A stretch of DNA of 49,490 bases from Eubacteriales bacterium. Its GTDB lineage: Bacteria; Bacillota; Clostridia; Oscillospirales; CAG-272. The position numbers were made by a program, and so were the translations under genes. This document shows, piece after piece, positions 9,437 to 19,371 of the stretch. The DNA is taken from positions 1 through 49,490 of the forward strand of contig JAZNAM010000004.1 in assembly GCA_045586515.1 (NCBI GenBank), given 5' to 3'. Below the pieces are notes generated by a model. That model ran no database searches. It saw only the letters and a program-made list of their open reading frames with translations, and was not told the DNA's origin. The stretch's first letter is position 1. Each line of letters opens with the position of its first letter.

Positions 9437-9467
9437 AAAAAGTGCCGCGCATTTGCGCGGCACTTTT
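9437..9467 (-). terminator. Rho-independent terminator of the GH20 gene
   Basis: AAAAGTGCCGCGC-ATTT-GCGCGGCACTTTT. Confidence 0.8.
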
Positions 9468-9469
9468 GA

Positions 9470-11359
9470 TTAGATCACTTTATAATCGATACGAGAGGGA
9501 GAAACCACGTTGCCGTAGTTGTTGGTGGTGACGGGACCGCCACTCACGTTGTAATAAAGCTTCTCCACCTCAAGCTCCTCAATGCGAGTAAGCGTGCCGT
9601 CAAGGTAGGCGTTTATCTCGGCAATCGCGCTCTTGATACGTGCGTGAAGCGAGCCGTGGTGCATATCCATGACGTCCCATCCAAAGGGCTTGTAGAGTGC
9701 GAGCCATACACGCATGTGCATCTCACGTAATGCCTCGCTACGTGCGAGCAGATCGGGCAACTCTACGTCGGCGAAGCGACGCAGTGCCTCCTTGTCGTTT
9801 GCGCGATAGGCGGCGGTGAGGCGCAGACCCATTTCGCATTTGACGGCGAGCACGCGCGCGGCGAGATGGTTGAAGCGGAACATATCGTCAAAGCGACCGT
9901 TGCGCCCGATGGCGTTGGCGAGATCCTTTTCCAGTGCCTCATAGTGGGCGTTCATCGGGAGTCCCTCGATGTTCTTGTCGAACAGACCCGTAAGGATGTC
10001 CTGCCACATAAGATACTTCGAGGGGTTGTGACCCGATACGTTGTCCTTGGGATCAACTAAGGGGTTGAGGTCAAAGCGCTCAAGCTGTTCAAAGTCCGAG
10101 AGATTGCCGCCCGTGCAGAAGGCGAAGCGCGTGCGAAGCTTTTCGTACTCGAATACATCCGCATAGGCGTATTCTGCAAAGAGCTGACAGCCGACAAGCG
10201 TGGTATTCAGCAAACATTCGGTGGCGTTGTCACCCCAAGTGGTCATAAACACGTGCTTTACGCCTTGCTTTTTGCACACGGTGAGTGCCGACTCGGTAGT
10301 GGTCAGCGTGCGCTGCCAGTTGAGTCCGAAACCGCGCCACGTCCAGATGCCGCCTGCAAAGATCATGTCGGGGTCAAGCTGCTTGTGCTTGGGGATCATT
10401 TTCTCGTAGTGCTCGCGTTCCTCGGTGTAGAAGTCCCAGTAAACGCAACACATACCCTTAAACACAACGCGGATCATTTCCTCCGGCAGTACAAAATCGG
10501 GGTCGTAGTAGTTGCCTGTGCCTGCCGTGAAGAACATATCGTCCCACATCATGGGCTCAAGGCCGAGGTCATTGATGATATCCATGACGCGTGCAAGATG
10601 CTCGGTCATGATCTCGTGCATGGGTCGATGGCCGTTCAGGTCAAGATATTTGCCTCTGCCGAGTTTCCACGCCTCGTCCATGCCGATGTGGATGCGCTTG
10701 GAGCGGAAGGGACGCGATGCGCTTGCGAGCAGGGCGCGAATGAAATCGTAGGGTTCCTGTTTGCCTACGAGCAAGCAAGACTCATAGTCACGGATGCCGT
10801 GGAAGCAACGCCAACGCAAACCGTCGGTGAGGTGGGCAAGCGTTTGAATACAGGGGATCATCTCAATGCCGAGCGTGTAGGCGTACTCGTCCAGCTCGTG
10901 CAACTCCGCCTCGGTGTAGGCGGGACGCATATAGCCAAAGTAGGGGTACCCCTCCACTTGCACGCAGTCCTCACAGTAGAGCATGAGCATGTTATGGCCC
11001 ATGAGCGCCAGCATGCGGATAAAGTCTTTTGCGGTGTCAAGGTTAGGGGCGGCGTTGCCTTGTGCGACGTCAAAGAGCGTGCCGATGGTTTCAAACTGAG
11101 GTTTTTCCACAATAGAAAACGTTGTTTTGCCTGCGTTTAACTGTTCGATGGCGATGCCGAGTGCGCGGTAAAACTGGCAGGGTTCGCCGTATGAAATCTC
11201 GCCCTTGCCGTCCTGAAAGCATACGGAGAGGGTGGGGGTGCTTTGTTGCTTTACGCATAGCGTATAACCACCTTCCTCAAGCGTGATACCGATGGTCGGG
11301 GCGAGCAAGGAAATGCCGGCTTGCAGTCGGGTGATATCGCCCGTGATATACAGCTTCAT
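9470..11359 (-). CDS. Beta-N-acetylhexosaminidase, GH20 (cytoplasmic, GcnA-like)
   Basis: IPCIQTLAH, catalytic HIGMDEA, MWDDMF, TTWGDN; no signal peptide; start 11359 after AGGAG. Confidence 0.9.
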   Translation of the reverse strand: MKLYITGDITRLQAGISLLAPTIGITLEEGGYTLCVKQQSTPTLSVCFQDGKGEISYGEPCQFYRALGIAIEQLNAGKTTFSIVEKPQFETIGTLFDVAQGNAAPNLDTAKDFIRMLALMGHNMLMLYCEDCVQVEGYPYFGYMRPAYTEAELHELDEYAYTLGIEMIPCIQTLAHLTDGLRWRCFHGIRDYESCLLVGKQEPYDFIRALLASASRPFRSKRIHIGMDEAWKLGRGKYLDLNGHRPMHEIMTEHLARVMDIINDLGLEPMMWDDMFFTAGTGNYYDPDFVLPEEMIRVVFKGMCCVYWDFYTEEREHYEKMIPKHKQLDPDMIFAGGIWTWRGFGLNWQRTLTTTESALTVCKKQGVKHVFMTTWGDNATECLLNTTLVGCQLFAEYAYADVFEYEKLRTRFAFCTGGNLSDFEQLERFDLNPLVDPKDNVSGHNPSKYLMWQDILTGLFDKNIEGLPMNAHYEALEKDLANAIGRNGRFDDMFRFNHLAARVLAVKCEMGLRLTAAYRANDKEALRRFADVELPDLLARSEALREMHMRVWLALYKPFGWDVMDMHHGSLHARIKSAIAEINAYLDGTLTRIEELEVEKLYYNVSGGPVTTNNYGNVVSPSRIDYKVI

Positions 11360-11464
11360 AGAACCACTCCTTTTTTGTTTCATTATACAAGAACAAGAGG
11401 GCAAATCAAGGGAGAGAGGCTTTTCTTGGTCGATATTATAATTTCTCTCGTTTATATTGCAGAC

Positions 11465-11494
11465 AAAAAGCGGAAGCCGATGGGCTTCCGCTTT
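11465..11494 (-). terminator. Rho-independent terminator of the patatin gene
   Basis: AAAAAGCGGAAGCC..GGCTTCCGCTTT. Confidence 0.75.
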
Positions 11495-11500
11495 CGTATG

Positions 11501-12352
11501 TTAGAAAATAACCTTTCGCTTGGCAAAGCGCGCGAGCGTTTTGTTTACACCTGTGATCACCACGTCGGTTGTCAAGCGTACCTTGGGGCTGCCGAGCTGC
11601 TCATTGTGGTAGCGGATCGACTCGAAGATGGTTTCCAGATCCTCATGACCATTGGAGAAGATCGCAGAGAGGATTTCTTTCGTGCGCTCATATCCTTGCT
11701 CTTTCATTTCGGTAATATCTTCGGGCTTGATGAGGAAGGAGTCTTTGATCGCGCTCATTTCAGGGAAGGTGATTTTGATGATCTTGCCGTCGAAATGAGA
11801 GGTTTCAAATTGGTAGCCGATGTCATCAAAGTAGATGCAGATGATATAGTCCAGATCGTGTTTAATGAGAGGGTGAACGGGAATGTTGTCTACAAATCCT
11901 CCGTCAAAGTAGCGGCGTGCACCCATCTCCACCGCCTTGTTGTAGATGGGGAAAGCAACGCTTGCTTTCAAATAAGTAGGCACTTTTTCCAGCGAGGTTT
12001 TCGAAAGGTCCTTATAGTGCACCTCTTTGCCTGCATAGTCAAGCAAACAGGTATAGAAAGGGATGGGCATTGGCTCGCCATTAAAGATATCTTTGATGTA
12101 TTGTTGGAGTAGAGAACCGCGCAAAATTTTGGTGATGAAGATGCGCGAGCTGCCGTCCATAATGTTTTGCCACATGTCCTCAATCTTTTCCATTTGTCCT
12201 GTGACGTAGGCGTAGGAATTGAGTGTGCCGATCGACGAGGAGCTGATACATTTAAAGTCCTCCATGGGTACGAACTCCGAAATTGCACGAAGCGCACCCA
12301 GCTGATACGCTCCCTTCGCAAATCCGCCGGATAAGACCAATCCGATATTCAT
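11501..12352 (-). CDS. Patatin-like phospholipase
   Basis: LSGGFAKGAYQLG oxyanion motif, SSSIG nucleophile elbow, DGG; GGAGG RBS. Confidence 0.88.
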   Translation of the reverse strand: MNIGLVLSGGFAKGAYQLGALRAISEFVPMEDFKCISSSSIGTLNSYAYVTGQMEKIEDMWQNIMDGSSRIFITKILRGSLLQQYIKDIFNGEPMPIPFYTCLLDYAGKEVHYKDLSKTSLEKVPTYLKASVAFPIYNKAVEMGARRYFDGGFVDNIPVHPLIKHDLDYIICIYFDDIGYQFETSHFDGKIIKITFPEMSAIKDSFLIKPEDITEMKEQGYERTKEILSAIFSNGHEDLETIFESIRYHNEQLGSPKVRLTTDVVITGVNKTLARFAKRKVIF

Positions 12353-12527
12353 TTCATACCTCCGTAGAGTAACGTGATGCCGCGCAATACGCGTTTTGGT
12401 GACATCATCAATAATTATAGCATATAAAAATTCATTTTGCAATAGTTAATAAAGGGGAATTTTGTATTGAATTTTGGTTGCATACAATGATATAATGAGT
12501 ATAGAGAACGGGAAAGGAGGAGCGCTT

Positions 12528-14129
12528 ATGAAGATACAGTTTATCGGTGCTGCACAGGAGGTTACAGGCAGTTGTACCCTTTTGGAGGTCGGCGAGCGCT
12601 ACTACTTGGTGGATTGTGGTATGGAGCAAGGGATCGACGTGTTTCAAAACGTGCCGCTCCCGATTGCGCCCAGCCACATTGATGGCGTTTTTCTCACGCA
12701 CGCCCATATCGACCATTCGGGCATGTTGCCCAAGCTTTACAAGGACGGATTCCGCGGTATCATTTGGGCCACGAAGGCAACCAAGGAGCTTGCAAGCATC
12801 ATGCTGCGTGATAGTGCGCACATTCAGGAGAGTGAGGCCGCATGGCGCTCCAAAAGAGCCGAACGCGCGGGCGAGCCGCCGTTTAGTCCTACCTATACCA
12901 CCGAAGATGCGCTTGGTGCCATTGCGCTTTTCCGCGGTGTAGAGTATGGCCAACGCGTAGCGGTGGCGGCAGGGGTGGATATCCGTTTTTCGGACGTGGG
13001 GCATTTGCTTGGTTCCGCCGCCATCGAGGTGTTTTTGCGTGAGAGTGATGTGGAGCGCAAGATCGTGTTCAGTGGCGACGTGGGCAACGTGGATCAGCCC
13101 ATCATCAACGATCCTTTACCCATCGCTAAAGCAGACTATCTCGTGCTCGAATCCACTTACGGCTCGCGCGATCACGAGCGTGGCGGCGATGTGATCCCGT
13201 CGCTTGCCGGTTATATTGACGAAACGCTTTCGCGCGGCGGCAACGTGATCATTCCTTCCTTTGCTGTCGGGCGCACACAAGAGTTGCTTTACGCCATTCG
13301 CGAGATCAAACAACGCGGACTTGTAAGGCAGAAGAATTTCCCCGTATTTGTGGATAGTCCTTTGGCAATCGAGGCAACCCAGATTTTCTCGCGATGCGAC
13401 GTTTCTTGCTTTGATGAGGAAACGCGCGCACTGATCGCTGCGGGGGTTGACCCGATTCGCTTTCCCGATCTGCACCTGTCCGTTACGGTGGAGGAGTCAA
13501 AACGCATCAATGAGGATGCACGCCCCAAGGTGATTCTTTCGGCATCGGGCATGTGTGAAGCGGGTAGAGTGCGGCATCATTTGAAGCACAATCTTTGGCG
13601 TGAGCAATCGCTTATTTTGTTCGTTGGTTATCAAGCCGAGGGGTCGCTTGGGCGCACTTTGCAGGAAGGGGCGGCGCGCGTGAAGCTGTTCGGTGAGGAG
13701 ATCGCGGTACGTGCACGCATCGCATCGCTTCGCGGCACAAGTGGTCACGCGGATAGAAGAGGGTTGATCAACTGGCTTTCGCACTTTGAGAAAAAACCGC
13801 GTACGGTTTTCCTCAATCACGGCACGGAGGAGTCTATCGCCTCGCTTGGTGCTGAGTTGCGCGAATGTGGCTATGCAGTGGAAGCGCCATATAGTGGAAC
13901 GGAATATGATCTTGCAACCGGGGCAATGACGGCTTATACCGATAGTCGCCGCGTGACGTCGCAAAGCGCCGCGCGGGCAAGATCTCGTCAGACGACTGTG
14001 CATGCCACGCTTCTCTCGGAGGCGAGAGCGCTTCTTGCTCTTGCCGAGCGATGCGAGGGAAGACCTAACAAGGAAAATGCCAAGTTCGCCGCACAGATCC
14101 GTGCGCTTGCCGAAAAATGGGAGAAATAA
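12528..14129 (+). CDS. MBL-fold / beta-CASP ribonuclease (YSH1-like)
   Basis: GAAQEVTGSC, THAHIDH, GHLLGS, ESTYG, SASGM, SGHAD. Confidence 0.92.
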   Translation: MKIQFIGAAQEVTGSCTLLEVGERYYLVDCGMEQGIDVFQNVPLPIAPSHIDGVFLTHAHIDHSGMLPKLYKDGFRGIIWATKATKELASIMLRDSAHIQESEAAWRSKRAERAGEPPFSPTYTTEDALGAIALFRGVEYGQRVAVAAGVDIRFSDVGHLLGSAAIEVFLRESDVERKIVFSGDVGNVDQPIINDPLPIAKADYLVLESTYGSRDHERGGDVIPSLAGYIDETLSRGGNVIIPSFAVGRTQELLYAIREIKQRGLVRQKNFPVFVDSPLAIEATQIFSRCDVSCFDEETRALIAAGVDPIRFPDLHLSVTVEESKRINEDARPKVILSASGMCEAGRVRHHLKHNLWREQSLILFVGYQAEGSLGRTLQEGAARVKLFGEEIAVRARIASLRGTSGHADRRGLINWLSHFEKKPRTVFLNHGTEESIASLGAELRECGYAVEAPYSGTEYDLATGAMTAYTDSRRVTSQSAARARSRQTTVHATLLSEARALLALAERCEGRPNKENAKFAAQIRALAEKWEK

Positions 14130-14135
14130 TAAATT

Positions 14136-14166
14136 ACGCCACTCCGTAAAGGGGTGGCGTTTTTTT
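14136..14166 (+). terminator. Rho-independent terminator
   Basis: ACGCCACTCC..GGGGTGGCGTTTTTTT. Confidence 0.75.
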
Positions 14167-14228
14167 GGTTGCAAGCGGTCTTTTTGTCACATACTTTATA
14201 AGAGGATGTGATAAACGGAGGTGGGCAT

Positions 14229-14870
14229 ATGTGGGAGGATGAGCAGGACGCGCGAGAGGACTATGCGCTGCTTGCCGGGTTGCCTGCCGAGACTTTGCCG
14301 TGTGAGACCGTGGGGAAAAGTGTGGTGGGGCGGTTACCTTGGCTTGTGCTGCTTTTCTTGCTTGGCCTTTTGGTGTCGGGCGTGGTAGGCGTGTTTGAAC
14401 GCGTAGTGGAGCAACTTTCCGTTATCGTTTCCTTTCAGTCGCTTATTCTGGGCATGGCGGGTAATGCGGGTACACAGTCGCTTGCCGTGACTGTGCGCAC
14501 CCTCTCGGACGGCGCGCTCGATCGCGTGCAAAAACGGTTTATTGCACGTAGAGAGGCGCTTATCGGCCTTTGTAACGGTGCGCTTATCGGCGTGCTTTCC
14601 TTTGCGCTTGTGGGACTATATTTGTATGTGTTGCGCGGCGAGTTGCCGGCGCTTGCTTTCTCGGTTTCGTTTTGCGTAGCGTTGGCGCTTTTTGTCGCGA
14701 TGATGCTCTCGGGGCTATCGGGCGCGGTGATCCCGCTTTTTCTCGCACATATTGGCGTGGACCCAGCGGTGGCATCGGGACCGTTTATCACGACTGTGAG
14801 TGATCTTGTGGCAGTGGTTGCCTACTACGGGCTTGCGTGGTTGTTTCTTGTGCGGCGGCTAAGCATATAA
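14229..14870 (+). CDS. mgtE: MgtE-family magnesium transporter, membrane domain only
   Basis: RLPWL, MAGNAGTQS, DPAVASGPFITTVSD; no N-domain or CBS pair; start GTG 14208 or ATG 14229. Confidence 0.8.
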   Translation: MWEDEQDAREDYALLAGLPAETLPCETVGKSVVGRLPWLVLLFLLGLLVSGVVGVFERVVEQLSVIVSFQSLILGMAGNAGTQSLAVTVRTLSDGALDRVQKRFIARREALIGLCNGALIGVLSFALVGLYLYVLRGELPALAFSVSFCVALALFVAMMLSGLSGAVIPLFLAHIGVDPAVASGPFITTVSDLVAVVAYYGLAWLFLVRRLSI

Positions 14871-14896
14871 AAATGCCACCCAATGGGTGGCATTTT
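14870..14896. terminator. Bidirectional terminator
   Basis: AAAATGCCACCC-AAT-GGGTGGCATTTT. Confidence 0.8.
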
Positions 14897-14901
14897 GCGT
14901 T

Positions 14902-15315
14902 TTAGAAGGGGTAGATTTCAGAGAAGGCTGCGAAAAATCCCGTGGTGAAGCTGGAAAGAAGCGAGAGCGCGCCGAGGATCGTGCAGACAAGGCCGACCAC
15001 AAAGCCCGCAATGGCGAGCCCCTTGCCGATGCCCGCAACTTCCTTAGCAGCGCCGTATGTTTGCTCGTAGGCAGTGACCTTTTTGCGCGCGATGCAGGAG
15101 AAGATCAAGCCAAGAAGCGGGAGTTCCAGTGCGAAGAAAAGGCCTAGGATGCCCCAGACAAGCACGTTGATCGAAGCGGACTTTTGTGCTTCGTTTGCGG
15201 GTTGCTCAGTGGGTTGATCGGTGTATGTGTAGGTGCTTTGTTGTTGTGCCGCGCCGCATGCGCTACAATACGCGGCGTCATCGTTTAAATATGTGCCGCA
15301 GTTTCTGCAATACAT
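14902..15315 (-). CDS. Zinc-ribbon domain membrane protein (DUF4190-like)
   Basis: MYCRNCG..YCSACG, Q/T-rich linker, 2-3 TM helices. Confidence 0.8.
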   Translation of the reverse strand: MYCRNCGTYLNDDAAYCSACGAAQQQSTYTYTDQPTEQPANEAQKSASINVLVWGILGLFFALELPLLGLIFSCIARKKVTAYEQTYGAAKEVAGIGKGLAIAGFVVGLVCTILGALSLLSSFTTGFFAAFSEIYPF

Positions 15316-15327
15316 GATGAGTCCCCC

Positions 15328-15558
15328 TTATAACTTGTTTTCATCATTATAGCACGCATGCTGCGTTTTGTCAATTAACAAGGGGAGATATTCCGCAAAG
15401 CGTTCCTCGCGGATAGGCATTATAGGATGAGTGGGATCGTCGAAAATTAATACCATTGCGGGGGATATTCCGTTGTACTCATCGACGATGAGCCACGAGA
15501 GCAGTTTCCCCTCTCGAATCAAGCGCTTTGCTTTGGCGTGGTAATTGAAGTATGCCAT
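15328..15558 (-). CDS. Small conserved hypothetical protein (family often auto-annotated 'thermostable hemolysin delta-VPH')
   Basis: MAYFNYHAKAKRLI..MPIREERF pattern recalled from Firmicutes proteins; AGGAGG RBS. Confidence 0.65.
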   Translation of the reverse strand: MAYFNYHAKAKRLIREGKLLSWLIVDEYNGISPAMVLIFDDPTHPIMPIREERFAEYLPLLIDKTQHACYNDENKL

Positions 15559-15632
15559 ACGAGCCCTCCTTTTGGCTTAGTATGTAGCGTCCGGGTGTGG
15601 GGTATACTTACACCAAAAGGGGAGGTGAAAAT

Positions 15633-16067
15633 ATGATAGAGCAGGATACCATAAAATTGCTTCGGGAGTGCGATGCGGGGGTGAAAATGGGGATATCCTC
15701 CATTGATGACGTGATGAAATACGTGAAGTCGGATGACCTTCTTGCACGTTTGAAGCGTTGCCGTGACGATCACGATAAGCTGGATAGTGAGCTGCAAGAG
15801 CTTCTTGACAGATATCGCGACGAGGGAAAGGCACCGAGCGCCATTGCCAAGGGGATGTCGCGCATCAAGACGGAAATGAAGCTTGCCATGCATGAGAGCG
15901 ATCATACCATAGCGGATCTCATGACGGATGGCTGTAATATGGGCGTGAAGTCACTGTCGCGCTATTTAAACCAGTATCGTGCGGCAGACGAGAAATCCAA
16001 GGATATTACGAAGCGCTTGATCGCATTGGAGGAAGAACTGGCCGTTGATATTCGTGGCTATTTGTGA
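15633..16067 (+). CDS. Conserved clostridial helical-bundle (ferritin-like) hypothetical protein
   Basis: DTIKLLRECDAGVKMG..IADLMTDGCNMG; GGAGGTG RBS. Confidence 0.75.
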   Translation: MIEQDTIKLLRECDAGVKMGISSIDDVMKYVKSDDLLARLKRCRDDHDKLDSELQELLDRYRDEGKAPSAIAKGMSRIKTEMKLAMHESDHTIADLMTDGCNMGVKSLSRYLNQYRAADEKSKDITKRLIALEEELAVDIRGYL

Positions 16068-16133
16068 TCAAAAGGGATGCTGATGCACCTTTTTGCGCGC
16101 GTGTGTTGGTGATGACGGCTTTGCAAGAAAAAC

Positions 16134-16160
16134 AAAAAAGCCCCGAAACGGGGCTTTTTT
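16134..16160. terminator. Bidirectional terminator
   Basis: AAAAAGCCCC-GAAAC-GGGGCTTTTTT. Confidence 0.8.
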
Positions 16161-16162
16161 GT

Positions 16163-16717
16163 TTAGGTTGTTTGGCAAAGGGGGCGCGCCAAAAGACGGT
16201 ATGCAATATCGGTCATCTCGCCGACTGTTCGGTCGAAGCCGTTTTTGTGCCACTCTAATACAAGGGAGGCAAATCCGGCAGCGGCGAAGCGGGCGAGTGT
16301 GGGGCGTACCCACTCGGGTTCGGTTGAGAAAACGCTGGCAAGAAGCTCGGGCTTGCCGGCAGGGTGCTGTGCGGCAATGTTGGTGAGGGGACAAAGAAGG
16401 TCGTTTTTGGCGAGCGCGTCCAAAAGTGGTTTTTGGCGCTTGACGAAAAGCACCACGCTTTCCACGCGCGCTTTCAAGGGCGCTTTTGCCGAAATGAGTG
16501 TATCGCACTCTGCCAAGGTGTGATCAATCAACGCGTGAAGCGCGTCTTCCTTGGTGTCAAAGTAGCGGTAAAAAGCCTTGCGTGGGATGCCGAGCGACTG
16601 GCAAAGCATCGTGACGCTGATGTCGCTGTATGGAGTTGTTTCCATCAATTTTAAGAATGCTAGCTCGATTTCGCGTTGTCGTTTGGCCGACCGTTCGGTC
16701 TTACATAGCTTATACAT
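16163..16717 (-). CDS. TetR/AcrR family transcriptional regulator
   Basis: ISVTMLCQSLGIPRKAFYRYFDTKE HTH. Confidence 0.88.
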   Translation of the reverse strand: MYKLCKTERSAKRQREIELAFLKLMETTPYSDISVTMLCQSLGIPRKAFYRYFDTKEDALHALIDHTLAECDTLISAKAPLKARVESVVLFVKRQKPLLDALAKNDLLCPLTNIAAQHPAGKPELLASVFSTEPEWVRPTLARFAAAGFASLVLEWHKNGFDRTVGEMTDIAYRLLARPLCQTT

Positions 16718-16989
16718 ATTTACCCCCATTTTACACATCTTTTTCGCTGTGTCAACTTCATTATAGCAACGCAATAAAGCGCTCGTCAAGCCTTTTTTCG
16801 AAAAAATGTTCTTTTTTTATGGAAGATAGGACATATCTTTCGAAGTGTGTCATGTTGTTTAAACTCGACCGGCATATTTGCAATGAACGAGGGGAAGGTC
16901 TTGATGGGAAGGCGTGGAAAACGGTTGTTTTCCCTATAAATAAGATTCACTACATAGTAGAGGTGTTTAGGGAAGGCAAACGTTTTTTG

Positions 16990-18369
16990 TCATTTCAAGA
17001 AATGGCGGATGAGTCGCTCGCCGCTTTTTTTATAGGGTTGATAGCGCATGGGGAGATCGATGCGCGTGCTCTTCTTCACGATGCTCTTGTGATGCGAAAA
17101 CGTATCGAAGCCCACCTTGCCATGATACGCGCCCATGCCACTCTCACCCACGCCACCGAATCCCATTTCGCTTGTGGCGAGATGTATGATGGTGTCGTTG
17201 ATACAGCCACCGCCAAAGGGCAAGCGCTCGCGTACGGCGCGCATGTGTTTGCGGTTTTCACTGAATAGGTAGAGTGCGAGAGGCTTGGGTTTTGCGCCAA
17301 GAATGGGGAAGATCTCGTCGAATTGCTCATAGGTGAGAACGGGTAGAACGGGGCCAAAGATTTCCTCGCCCATCACGGCATCTGCAAAGGTCACATCGGC
17401 CATGACGGTGGGGGTGATGCGCAGAGCATCGGCGTCCCACGTGCCGCCATACACGACCTTCTTCTTGTCGATCAAGCCGCAAAGACGGGAGAAATGTTTT
17501 TCGCTGATGATCTTACCGTAGTGAGGGTTTTGCAAAGGATCGCTACCGTATTGGCGTTCGATCTCGTCTTTGATGGCGGAGAGGAGCGCATCTTTCACGC
17601 GTGTGTCGCAGAACACAAAGTCGGGGGCGACACAGGTTTGACCGCAGTTGAGAAACTTGCCAAATACGATCCGTTTGGCGGCTAATTTGATGTTTGCGCT
17701 ACTGTCTACAATACAAGGGCTCTTGCCGCCCAATTCCAAAACGGCAGGGGTGAGGTGTTCTGCGGTATGACGCAGTACCTCGCGCCCCACAGTGCTGCTG
17801 CCGGTGAAGAATACAAAATCAAACTGTTGGTCAAGAAGCGCTGCGTTTTCGCTTCGCCCGCCTGTGACAACGGTGACGTATTCGGGCGGAAAACACTCCG
17901 CCACCAAACGCGCGATGATTGCGGAGGCCGCGGGGGAGTAGGCGCTGGGTTTCAAGATGGCGGTGTTGCCTGACGCGATGGCAGTGGCAAGCGGATCAAT
18001 GCTGAGCAGGAACGGGTAATTCCAGGGGCTCATAATGAGCACCGTGCCGAAGGGACAAGGTGTAACGCTGCTCCGGGACGGGAACTGTGCGAGCGGCGTG
18101 CGCACGCGACGGGGCTTTGCCCAGTGCCTTGTGTGTTTTATCATGTGTGTGATTTCGGAGAGCGCCATGCCGATCTCGCACATATAGCTCTCGGCTTGGC
18201 TTTTGCCAAGATCGGCATATAGCGCCGCCGAAATTTCCTTTTCGTTTTTGACAATGGCGGCATGCAATGTCTTCAAAGCGGCAATTCGGTGGGCTACGGG
18301 TAGCGTTTCGCCGCTTTCAAAGTAGGATTTTTGTGCCGCGTGTAAGGCGGCGATCTGCTCGTTATTCAT
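16990..18369 (-). CDS. NAD(P)+-dependent aldehyde dehydrogenase (ALDH3/YwdH-like)
   Basis: SPWNYP, FFTGS, LELGGKSP, GQTCVAPD, EEIFGP. Confidence 0.93.
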   Translation of the reverse strand: MNNEQIAALHAAQKSYFESGETLPVAHRIAALKTLHAAIVKNEKEISAALYADLGKSQAESYMCEIGMALSEITHMIKHTRHWAKPRRVRTPLAQFPSRSSVTPCPFGTVLIMSPWNYPFLLSIDPLATAIASGNTAILKPSAYSPAASAIIARLVAECFPPEYVTVVTGGRSENAALLDQQFDFVFFTGSSTVGREVLRHTAEHLTPAVLELGGKSPCIVDSSANIKLAAKRIVFGKFLNCGQTCVAPDFVFCDTRVKDALLSAIKDEIERQYGSDPLQNPHYGKIISEKHFSRLCGLIDKKKVVYGGTWDADALRITPTVMADVTFADAVMGEEIFGPVLPVLTYEQFDEIFPILGAKPKPLALYLFSENRKHMRAVRERLPFGGGCINDTIIHLATSEMGFGGVGESGMGAYHGKVGFDTFSHHKSIVKKSTRIDLPMRYQPYKKSGERLIRHFLK

Positions 18370-19255
18370 TTGGGATCTCCTTTGTCAGGATTTGATAGAT
18401 ATGCTCGGCGCGCGCGGCAATCGTGCCGCGTTCCGCTTCTTTACAGGTGCGAAGTGGCTCTTTGCGGGGAAGTCCCCATACGCGAAGCACGCGTGGGCCG
18501 ATCCACTCTGTGGGGGCACAAGTGGCAAATACTCCGAGTAGGAGGGAAAGTGCCGCTTTGCGCGGTGGCATAAAGATGATTTTCATCGGATGCTTGATGA
18601 TGGCAAAAATCACGGGCGGATAATGTGCCGTGATATTGGTAAAGGTGATGCCCGGATGGGTAATGGAAAGGGTGACGTCGGTTTCGCTCTCAAATAATGT
18701 AAGAAGAGAAAACATTAAATGGCGTTTCGCGTTGCCGTAAACGAGGGACGCCTTGTCCCGGGTGGAGAAATCAACGTCCTCGGGGTCGATTTTGGAGTAG
18801 TTGTGCGCGATGCTACCCACTGCCATCACGTGCCCTTTGCGTGCACGCAAAAGTGGCAACAGACGGCGGATTATGTAGTAGGGCGACACGAAGTTGATCT
18901 GAAATACGTTGTCATAGCCCGTGTCGCAGGTTTTGCGCGGAATGGCGTATGCGCCGGCGTTGTGGATAAAAATATCAAGCGGCAAAGAAAGCAACGTTTC
19001 GGTTGCGTTTTTTACCGATGTCATCTCCGATAGATCTGCGCGCACCAACGTAACGTGGCAGCCGGGGAACTCTTGCAAAAGTGCCTCCTTGTGCGCTTTG
19101 GCGCGCTCCTCGGAGCGATCCACCAGTACAAGGTCTGCGCCAAGCGATGCAAGATAGCGGCAAAGCGGCTTGCCAAGTCCGCCGGTGGAACCCGTTATGG
19201 CAATAGTTTTGCCCGCAAGCGAGGTGGTATTCTTTTGTAACCATCTGTTATACAT
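18362..19255 (-). CDS. Short-chain dehydrogenase/reductase (retinol-DH-like subgroup)
   Basis: ITGSTGGLG, HNAG, YGNAK, HPG; overlaps the ALDH start (coupled). Confidence 0.88.
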   Translation of the reverse strand: MYNRWLQKNTTSLAGKTIAITGSTGGLGKPLCRYLASLGADLVLVDRSEERAKAHKEALLQEFPGCHVTLVRADLSEMTSVKNATETLLSLPLDIFIHNAGAYAIPRKTCDTGYDNVFQINFVSPYYIIRRLLPLLRARKGHVMAVGSIAHNYSKIDPEDVDFSTRDKASLVYGNAKRHLMFSLLTLFESETDVTLSITHPGITFTNITAHYPPVIFAIIKHPMKIIFMPPRKAALSLLLGVFATCAPTEWIGPRVLRVWGLPRKEPLRTCKEAERGTIAARAEHIYQILTKEIPNE

Positions 19256-19371
19256 GCAAATTCCATCTTTCCGTCGTGATGCAATCATTATACCATGTGG
19301 GCGCGTAAAAAGCAAGCGAACGACGCGCTTTGCATCGACATAATATGACAGTGTGGAGGGAGGAATGTAAT

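Noticed and set aside
15328-15558. Haemolysin/virulence function
   Set aside because: The label looks like a propagated annotation; no signal peptide or pore-forming features are visible.
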